Source: Halomicronema hongdechloris C2206 (GTDB taxonomy: Bacteria; Cyanobacteriota; Cyanobacteriia; Phormidesmidales; Phormidesmidaceae). From it: 32,000 bases of DNA. Shown piece after piece: positions 7,550 to 14,733 of the stretch (position 1 is its first letter; each line of letters begins with the position of its first letter). The notes beneath the pieces are model-generated. The model searched no databases and was not told the origin of the DNA. It saw nothing but the letters and a program-made list of their open reading frames with translations. The translations under genes were made by a program, and so were the position numbers. Location of the stretch: assembly GCF_002075285.3 (NCBI RefSeq), contig NZ_CP021983.2, forward strand, positions 3,120,001 through 3,152,000. Reading direction: 5' to 3'.

Positions 7550-10500
7550 TTATCGGCTATGGATTGGGGTCTGGGGGATGCTCATAGTAGCGATCAACCC
7601 GCCCGAAGTTTTGGCCTCTGTAGCATTGGGGAAAACATATGTCGTTTGGCCAGGAGCTATCTGACCTTCATTTTGAATTTCTAATTTTGCAGTTTGAATT
7701 GCCTCCTGCCAGATTTCGTAGTTGTAGAACTTGCAGCGGTTTTGGATAGCGGCGATAGTAGAAATAAGACTAATGTTATCCATTCGCTGACAGATTCGCC
7801 AAAGCTCGGCAATAGCTATAGGAAACCCGACTTTCTTAAGGGCATCACAACATTTTCTGTATCTATCTGTATGCTCATATATCCCAGCATAGGGATTTCT
7901 TCTCATTTTTAAGCCTTGCCTTAGTTCATCCAATAGTGCTTCAGTAGCCCTTTTGATGTCTGATCTGCTATCTAATTTGATACTTAAATCTCCTAAAACT
8001 TCAGTGGCTTTAATACGACGATACGGATCTATTTCTTTTGCAAGAATATATCTAAGTTTTAAAAGTGCTTTTTCGCAATCTAAGTTATCTAACGCCTGGA
8101 TGGAATCTCTATACAGGGAAGTGTTTTTATTTTTCCTGCTATCTTTGACTGCTTTAACCAAAGCAGGAATTATCTTATCGTTTTTTACCTGACTTGTGAG
8201 TTTGACAAGTGCATTGGCAGCCATCTCTCGCAAAGACCAGTCTCGCTCTTTCAGTGTTATAAGCAGCTCTGAAAAAGCCTCTTCACAACCTAGATTACCT
8301 AATCCGAAAGCGGCAAATTTACGAACATCTGGGTATTGGCTTTTTATCGCTCTCTGTAGCAATGGAATAGCTCCCTCACTGTTAAATTTATCCAAAGTGT
8401 ATGTAACACAAGCTTGAACTTTAATTTCTTGACGTTCTAAAGCATCTAAAAATATTGTTTTAAGGATGGGGATAGCATGCACAGGATCTAACTTGCTCAA
8501 TGAGCTAATAACTAAACAAGCTCTATGCTTGTCTGTTATTCTTAACCCTGACTCGATTGATTTTTTAAGCTCTTGGACAGCATTATTAGTACCTAGTCGA
8601 GCCAGAGAATTAGCTGCGGCTTTTACGACTTCATCTTGCGAATCATTTAATGCCTGACTTAAAGCTGAAATAGATTCCCCAGAATCCAGGTATCCCAGGG
8701 CCAAAACTGCGCGAATTCTAACAATAGCATCTTCATGCTTGCTAAGGTGGATCAAGCCAGAAATAGTTTTTTCACTCCTCAAGTAGTGGACCAAAACTAT
8801 TGCGGACTTCAATCCTGGATCGGATTTCAATTTTTCCAATGAATAAAAAATTTCCTTAGACGAATCTAAAGAAACTTTAGTGAATCCAAACTCAGATTCT
8901 TCAAGATTGGAATCGGAATGGATAGATTCTTTAACGTCTCGAAATAATTCTGGAATTATTTCTTTGCAACCCAAACTTGCCAATTCAAACAATATACTAC
9001 GTCGCTTTTTAGCATAATTCCATCCATAACTATCTGGATCAGCATTAGTGATGAATTCACTTAAAACTGGGATTGCCTCCTGTTTATCAAAAATCGCTAA
9101 TATTTGAGCTGCATTAAAACGAGCAGAAAAATTCTGGCTTTTAAGTAAATTCAAGAATTTTGAAACATGATTCTCTATGTCCAACGGTCTTATTAAATTT
9201 GATATGCTAGCGTTGGTTCCCCATATCAAATCCAAATCATCGAGTCCATCAAATATATCTTTATCATAATCTTCCAAGAAATCAATTAGACTCGGAACCC
9301 CTATTTCGGCATTGAGCATTAACAAGGCAGTTGCCGCCTCTCGGCGAGTATGAATTTCATGTTTTCTTTGTGATAACTTCAGAAGATGAGGAATAGCTAG
9401 TGAGCTACCCAGTTTTCCTAATGAGATAGTGCTATACTTAGCCAGTATCTTAATAGCTTCCTCCGATGAGGTGTTTGCTAGTGCTCGGATAATATTTCGC
9501 TCCAACCTTTGTTTCGAGAGATTTTCCTCTATTGGAGTATTTCTGTTCCGGCATTTTTTTCGAAGGATAGGTAACTTCTCTAACCATGATTGGTTAATAA
9601 AATGATCGTCTCCCTCTTCAAGAATCTTCTTCAATGCAGGAATCGCCGATGCTGAGCGAGCTTTATCCAAAAGTTTTACTTTGAGCTGTAAAGGATTCTC
9701 TTTACATCCGGTGATTAGCTGAACAGTTTGCTCTTGAAAACTTGGTTTCACCTCTCCCGCCAATTTCGCTCCCAGCATCAAATCCACATCATCGATCGCC
9801 AGTTTCACAACCCGCAGCGCCTGTTCCTCCTCATTCACCAGGGCCAGCATCAGGGCCACGGGTTCGGTCCACTTCAACAGATTGAGGTAGTCTCGCTTCA
9901 GTCGATCGTCGCTTAGCTCTGGCAGCAGCCGCAGCAACTGTTCCGCGGCGTAATATTCCTGAATCAGTTGGTGGCGAAACTCGATGTGTTCTTCAAGGGT
10001 GGGCTGTTTCACCGGCTGCAGCAGGTGATAGTCCAGCAGGTCTTGCAGCCAGCGTTCGGCACAGGCTCGGGCATTGGCTCTACCCTCTTGCTGCAAGCAG
10101 TCCGCCAACACCGCCTCCGCCTCTTCCCGAGGCATGGACAGGCGAAACTCAACCGGGTCTTGGTCATGCATCAGGGCAAAGGCCAGATGGCGCAGTAGTT
10201 TGGGCCACTGCTTTCTGGAATCAACCGGGGCATCTTCCTGAATCGCCTGATGCTCCTCAGTTCCTTGGTCATACAGCTGAGTAAACTCGCGAAACGCCAA
10301 CCCCAAATTGGCGGGCACCTCGCCGTTCTGGGCAAACACCCGACAGAGCATCCACAGTAGCAGGGGCGTTTCGGCAAACTTCCGCAGCCGGTCTCCTTGC
10401 AGTTGCTGAAACAGGCGATCGCCTTCCTCACGTAAATAGCCCCGCACAAACGCCTGCATTTGCGGTGCCGTCAGGGGCAACATCTTCAGGGTTTTGGTGA

Positions 10501-11419
10501 TGCCCAGGGTGCCGCCCACGCTTAGGTCGCGGGTGGAGACAATCATCGGGGTGGTGGCGCGGTTGCGATCGCGAAAATTGGTCACCTCTGTTCGGTAGTC
10601 TTCTGGGAGTTCGTTCAAGCCATCCAGCAACAGCAGCAGCCTGCCCTGCCGTAACAAGCGCTCAATCTCGGCAATCTCCAGCGGCAGCTCATGACCACTG
10701 AAATAGTCTTGAATCAGATGCTCAAGGGTGGAAGTACAGCGGCGCAGCTTCACCAGCACCGGGATTTTTGCAGCAGGATTCTGCAATGCGTTGCTGGCCT
10801 CTTCCCACAGCAGCCGTTCCAGCGATGTCGATTTCCCCGAACCCGGTTTGCCAATCAGCAGCACATGCTCCGCCGCATAGTTGCGTAGTCCCGCCAGCAC
10901 ATCCCACTGTTCAACCTGTTCCCTGTTCTCTATTCTCTCTACATCTCTGCCTTCTCGATCTTCCTGGGGCTTAACGGTCTCTACCCGATCTCTGCCTTCT
11001 CGATCTTCCTGGGGCTTAACGGTCTCTACCCGCAGCTTTAGGAGCGGTGAAAACTTGGGTCGTGGCACTTGCTTGCGGCCTGCAACCGTCGTACGAGTGT
11101 AGACCTCTTGCCGCTCGCGATAGTCTTCGTGATTACGGATAGACTGCAAATAGGGCTCAAAATCAATATGATCTGAACGCTGGATCGCCTTCGGCGCAAA
11201 CCGCTGCTCCAGCAGATCAGTCAATGGGTCTAAGCCGCAGCCGGTGGAGCCGGTGGCCCAATTGAGCAGATCCGCCACGCGGTTGCCCTGGGGGGCCGAT
11301 GGCCCACTAATGATGCCAGGGGGCAGGTTCAGCGCCACCAGGAACTCCTCGAACTGGGGCTGGGGTAGGGCGGATAATTGTCGAAACAGATGCGATCGCA
11401 GCTCAGAATCACCTGACAT
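7550..11419 (-). CDS. STAND NTPase: N-terminal helical adaptor-like domain, NACHT P-loop NTPase, C-terminal HEAT/ARM repeat array (1289 aa)
   Basis: Walker A LLIGKPGSGKST (codons at 10826-10852), Walker B LLLLLDGLNE, then MIVSTRD (sensor-1-like). The N-terminal 75 aa read LFRQLSALPQPQFEEFLVALNLPPGIISGPSAPQGNRVADLLNWATGS. From about aa 565 there are many HEAT-like units (AIPALKKILEEGD, VRIRAVLALGYLDSGESISALSQALND, VRKFAAFGLGNLGCEEAFSELL and others). Single uninterrupted ORF. Confidence 0.9.
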   Translation of the reverse strand: MSGDSELRSHLFRQLSALPQPQFEEFLVALNLPPGIISGPSAPQGNRVADLLNWATGSTGCGLDPLTDLLEQRFAPKAIQRSDHIDFEPYLQSIRNHEDYRERQEVYTRTTVAGRKQVPRPKFSPLLKLRVETVKPQEDREGRDRVETVKPQEDREGRDVERIENREQVEQWDVLAGLRNYAAEHVLLIGKPGSGKSTSLERLLWEEASNALQNPAAKIPVLVKLRRCTSTLEHLIQDYFSGHELPLEIAEIERLLRQGRLLLLLDGLNELPEDYRTEVTNFRDRNRATTPMIVSTRDLSVGGTLGITKTLKMLPLTAPQMQAFVRGYLREEGDRLFQQLQGDRLRKFAETPLLLWMLCRVFAQNGEVPANLGLAFREFTQLYDQGTEEHQAIQEDAPVDSRKQWPKLLRHLAFALMHDQDPVEFRLSMPREEAEAVLADCLQQEGRANARACAERWLQDLLDYHLLQPVKQPTLEEHIEFRHQLIQEYYAAEQLLRLLPELSDDRLKRDYLNLLKWTEPVALMLALVNEEEQALRVVKLAIDDVDLMLGAKLAGEVKPSFQEQTVQLITGCKENPLQLKVKLLDKARSASAIPALKKILEEGDDHFINQSWLEKLPILRKKCRNRNTPIEENLSKQRLERNIIRALANTSSEEAIKILAKYSTISLGKLGSSLAIPHLLKLSQRKHEIHTRREAATALLMLNAEIGVPSLIDFLEDYDKDIFDGLDDLDLIWGTNASISNLIRPLDIENHVSKFLNLLKSQNFSARFNAAQILAIFDKQEAIPVLSEFITNADPDSYGWNYAKKRRSILFELASLGCKEIIPELFRDVKESIHSDSNLEESEFGFTKVSLDSSKEIFYSLEKLKSDPGLKSAIVLVHYLRSEKTISGLIHLSKHEDAIVRIRAVLALGYLDSGESISALSQALNDSQDEVVKAAANSLARLGTNNAVQELKKSIESGLRITDKHRACLVISSLSKLDPVHAIPILKTIFLDALERQEIKVQACVTYTLDKFNSEGAIPLLQRAIKSQYPDVRKFAAFGLGNLGCEEAFSELLITLKERDWSLREMAANALVKLTSQVKNDKIIPALVKAVKDSRKNKNTSLYRDSIQALDNLDCEKALLKLRYILAKEIDPYRRIKATEVLGDLSIKLDSRSDIKRATEALLDELRQGLKMRRNPYAGIYEHTDRYRKCCDALKKVGFPIAIAELWRICQRMDNISLISTIAAIQNRCKFYNYEIWQEAIQTAKLEIQNEGQIAPGQTTYVFPNATEAKTSGGLIATMSIPQTPIHSR
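10943..11032 (-). repeat. perfect 45-bp tandem duplication inside the NACHT gene linker
   Basis: ATCTCTGCCTTCTCGATCTTCCTGGGGCTTAACGGTCTCTACCCG occurs at 10943-10987 and again at 10988-11032. It encodes the doubled 15-aa unit seen as VETVKPQEDREGRDRVETVKPQEDREGRD, between the N-terminal domain and the NACHT core. Confidence 0.95.
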
Positions 11420-11891
11420 GGTGTTGCCTAGCCTAGGCCAAGGGAATTTTTCCCATTGTGGCCTACACCCATGCCCAGGGTCATGGCATCATCCCATTCT
11501 CTCTGGCCTTATCTCCCCAGTGTGTGGTGGTATCGTCACTGTCCGTGGGTAGGGACAGGCACAAACACCTCTGAGAATTCATTGATCTGGCTATAGTAGT
11601 GGGTAGGGTGGGCAAGCACCTTGCCGGTGGCCTCAGCAATGCACAAAAATCTCAACTTGCCCACCAATTTTATTTTTGGGACTGAGCTTGGGTGAAATTG
11701 TCGCCACAGATGCGATCGCAAGCTTACTCACATCAGGACAGCCCGACAGCTGATCACAAACAACGTAAATGTTCCTAGACTGCCAATGCCAAACATCAAA
11801 GAGCGGAGTGCTGGAATATCCAAAAAGCAACTGAGTTGCTGGCAGCGGGCAATGATCTCCTGATTACACAGCGCGCTGGCTGCTGCGCCTA

Positions 11892-13085
11892 TCAGGGCTC
11901 TCCTGCCTGGGTCAGCCGCATCCACATCGGCATCTGGGTGTTTGCCCCAGCCTCGATCCGCTCTAAGGCTGTCATCATCTCGACCTTGACATCAAATTTA
12001 GATTCCTGCTCAAGCGCCCGACGGAGCGATTCAACTGCCGAGTGATCGCCAATTTCGTTTAAGAACCGGGCAGCGCGCCAGCGTACTAGCTCAGAGGGAT
12101 CGCTCAGGGCTGCAATCATGGTGGCCATGGCGCTAGGACTAGGATCGCCAATATCGCTCAGGGCATCACCTGCAGTCCGGCGGACGATGGGTGAGGGATC
12201 TTGCCGGGCGAGACGACAGAGGGGGGCAACCGCAGTCGTCAGGGCACTGGCCCCGAGTAGCGCTGCGGCCCAACGCCGGATTGTGCTTTTGTCATCATCG
12301 AGTACGGCCACCACTGCCGATACAGTCTCGGCAGTCACGTCTAGCTGCTGCAGTGCCTTAAGTCGACGTTTCCAGTCGGGGTGGTTTAACTCAGCGATGA
12401 GGGCTTGCTGTTGGTCCGTTTTGTCAGCAGGGGGGGCATCGGAACGATCTTCAACCGCCACGGCTTCAAGCTGGGTCAGTGCTTGGGAGTCAAGCAAACT
12501 ATCGATTTCATCGGCCACCATCTGGGCCACAAGGTGGGGGTCCCCCGCTGGCGCTTGATAAGGCTCCCAGCGTCGCTCTATCACATAGTCAGCCCCAGTC
12601 GCACTAATGGTTCGCTGTAGCGCCTGAGCGAAACGGTCGGGTAGGGCAACGCGGGCCTGCTGCCCGTCAGCTGCGATCGCACGTACTTGCACTGGAATGC
12701 CCCGAAATACCTGAACGGCTACATCGAGTTGGCCCAAATTTGAGCTAGACGAGGGCGCACTCGAATTATCCTCAGTGGGATGCAGCGGCTGGGATAGCTG
12801 CGTGAGCAGCTTCGAATCAGCATGGTCTGCTACACCAATTAAAGCCGCCGCCTTGGCGAGAATCGGTTGCCAATCTGATCTGCCTTGGCGAGTGAGGGTA
12901 ACGAAATCTTTGACCACGAAGACAGACTGAATCGCCTCAATTGCCAGCAGTTGCTGAACCCATTCAGGGGTATTGGGCGAGGGGTTACCTTTCTGGAAGG
13001 TCAGTGCTTTGTCGCTAATGGTCTCATCTAGATTGAGCTTGATGCAGTTAGGGCTAGGGGTGGTTTCGATAGAAAGCAATCGCAT
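11892..13085 (-). CDS. CvfC/YpgR-like protein: Nfu/NifU N-terminal-like domain plus PBS-lyase HEAT-like repeats
   Basis: The N-terminus MRLLSIETTPSPNCIKLNLDE...FVTLTR resembles the Nfu_N scaffold-like domain. The C-terminal third has HEAT-like units (IRRWAAALLGA, VRRTAGDALSDIGDPS, VRWRAARFLNEIGDHSAVESL). Confidence 0.7.
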   Translation of the reverse strand: MRLLSIETTPSPNCIKLNLDETISDKALTFQKGNPSPNTPEWVQQLLAIEAIQSVFVVKDFVTLTRQGRSDWQPILAKAAALIGVADHADSKLLTQLSQPLHPTEDNSSAPSSSSNLGQLDVAVQVFRGIPVQVRAIAADGQQARVALPDRFAQALQRTISATGADYVIERRWEPYQAPAGDPHLVAQMVADEIDSLLDSQALTQLEAVAVEDRSDAPPADKTDQQQALIAELNHPDWKRRLKALQQLDVTAETVSAVVAVLDDDKSTIRRWAAALLGASALTTAVAPLCRLARQDPSPIVRRTAGDALSDIGDPSPSAMATMIAALSDPSELVRWRAARFLNEIGDHSAVESLRRALEQESKFDVKVEMMTALERIEAGANTQMPMWMRLTQAGEP

Positions 13086-13367
13086 AGTCTAGGCGGTGTA
13101 CAGATTTCAGCGATGCCTACAGTGAGTAGCTGGTTTAGCAGACTGCCGTAGATCTCAACGAGAGACACACAATTGATGTGCTCCCTTATTCTGTTATTCT
13201 GCCACTCACTCCCAATAAGAGGTAAGGAGAGTGTCATGGCTGACCCTGAATTTAGGGTGTATGTCTGTTCGGGCAGCATGCTGCTGGGATTGCCCCTGGA
13301 GCCATAGGGAATGGCAGCCGTAGTTTTATGCTGAAGCTGCTGACCGCTTATGGACTATTGATGCGTT

Positions 13368-14522
13368 ATGGCCAATGCCCATCCCCCGTCACCGAGCCCA
13401 GAGCATAGCTATGTCGACTATGCCTACGACCAGCCCGGCAGCCCACCGGGAACCTTGCAAATCCGCGCCGATGCCCCGCCACCGCAGATTGTATTGATTG
13501 ATTACAACGCCAAAACGGCTGTGCGACAGGTGATAGAGGCGCCGGAAGATTGCTCTCCCTATCTGGATACTCGCTCGGTGTCGTGGATCGATATTCAGGG
13601 GTTGGGGGATGAATCGATCTGGCGTCGCATCGCTCAGGTGTTTGAGTTGCATCCCATGATCCTGGAGGATGTGGTCAATGTGCCGCAGCGCCCCAAGGTA
13701 GAGGACCATGAGGATCAACTGGTGGTGGTGACCCACATGGTGATGGTGGTGCCGGACCAGGAGCGGTTTCTGCAGGAGCAGGTCAGTTTTGTGCTGGGGC
13801 CTAATTATCTGCTGACGGTGCAAGAAGAGCCCCGGTATGACTGCTTCGATCCCATTCGCGCTCGCATCCGTTACCGTAAGGGATCTCTGCGCCAACGCCA
13901 GGCCGATTACCTGTTCTATGCCCTGCTGGATGCCATTATCGATGGCTATTTCCCGGTGTTAGAGCTGTATGGGGAACGCCTGGAAGCCCTGGAGACCAAG
14001 GTGACCGATGCCCCACACACCAAGACGCTGGCGGAGATCCATCAGATCAAGCGAGAACTGTTGTCCCTACGGCGCTCGGTCTGGCCCCACCGGGATGCGA
14101 TCGCAGCCCTGCTGCATAAAGACAATCCCCTGATATCGACGGACGTCAAGATCTACCTGCGGGATTGCTATGAGCACGTGGTGCAGGTATTAGACATGCT
14201 AGAAACCTATCGGGAGCTGGCCTCCAGCCTGATGGATGTCTACCTCTCGGCAGTCAGCAATCGCATGAACGAGGTGATGAAGACCCTGACGGTGATTTCC
14301 ACCATCTTCATTCCCCTCACCTTCATCGCCGGTATCTACGGCATGAACTTCAACCCGACGGTGTCTCCCCTCAACATGCCGGAGTTGAACTGGTACTGGG
14401 GCTATCCCGCCGTCTGGCTGCTGATGCTGGCGGTAGCCTCGGGGCTGGTGGCCTTCTTCTGGCGCCGCGGCTGGTTCGAGAACTTTTCACCGGCAGACTC
14501 GTCTGCCAAGCCGTCTGGGTAA
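13368..14522 (+). CDS. corA: CorA-family magnesium/cobalt transporter
   Basis: Signature AGIYGMNF followed by two C-terminal TM helices (LTVISTIFIPLTFIAGI and YPAVWLLMLAVASGLVAFF). The cytoplasmic N-domain has typical length. 384 aa. Confidence 0.92.
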   Translation: MANAHPPSPSPEHSYVDYAYDQPGSPPGTLQIRADAPPPQIVLIDYNAKTAVRQVIEAPEDCSPYLDTRSVSWIDIQGLGDESIWRRIAQVFELHPMILEDVVNVPQRPKVEDHEDQLVVVTHMVMVVPDQERFLQEQVSFVLGPNYLLTVQEEPRYDCFDPIRARIRYRKGSLRQRQADYLFYALLDAIIDGYFPVLELYGERLEALETKVTDAPHTKTLAEIHQIKRELLSLRRSVWPHRDAIAALLHKDNPLISTDVKIYLRDCYEHVVQVLDMLETYRELASSLMDVYLSAVSNRMNEVMKTLTVISTIFIPLTFIAGIYGMNFNPTVSPLNMPELNWYWGYPAVWLLMLAVASGLVAFFWRRGWFENFSPADSSAKPSG

Positions 14523-14560
14523 TTATCACCTTCGCGTTTGCCGTCGATGCTAACTATCCG

Positions 14561-14684
14561 TCAGAGGACATTTGAAAACTCGGCTGAAAGCCTTGCAGGG
14601 CAAGGGTTTTAGAGCTTATGACTCTGTTGGCCAGAATCCAGTCTGGAGCAAGGTTGCAGGGTACTTGCCAAATATCCTCTCAGC
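14561..14684 (+). repeat. 124-bp MITE-like dispersed repeat, copy A
   Basis: 106/124 positions (hand alignment, no gaps) are identical to 18438-18561 in the same orientation. The ends are imperfect inverted repeats (CAGAGGACATTTG ... CAAATATCCTCTCAG). Intergenic between corA and cbiG. Confidence 0.75.
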
Positions 14685-14733
14685 GGGGTCGGCTGAGCCG
14701 CTATGCTGGTAGGCCTGTGCTTGGTGAATCGCT

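Noticed and set aside
7694-8657. Plus-strand small ORFs (7694..7912, 7953..8192, 8196..8417, 8466..8657) antisense to the HEAT-repeat cassette
   Set aside because: They are short, contiguous-but-broken frames in AT-rich DNA, with low-complexity Ser/Leu/Phe-rich translations and no RBS. The opposite strand carries an uninterrupted 1289-aa ORF with clear repeats.
11822-11840. Short hairpin AGCAA-CTCAG-TTGCT followed by TTTTTGG on the minus strand, just downstream of the CvfC-like gene
   Set aside because: The stem is only 5-7 bp and AT-poor in context. It may be a weak terminator, but it is too marginal to list as a feature.
14523-14733. Possible cobalamin riboswitch in the leader of cbiG-cobJ
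   Set aside because: No B12-box-like element or conserved riboswitch core could be recognised. Most of the interval is the 124-bp dispersed repeat, which also occurs at 18438 in an unrelated context.
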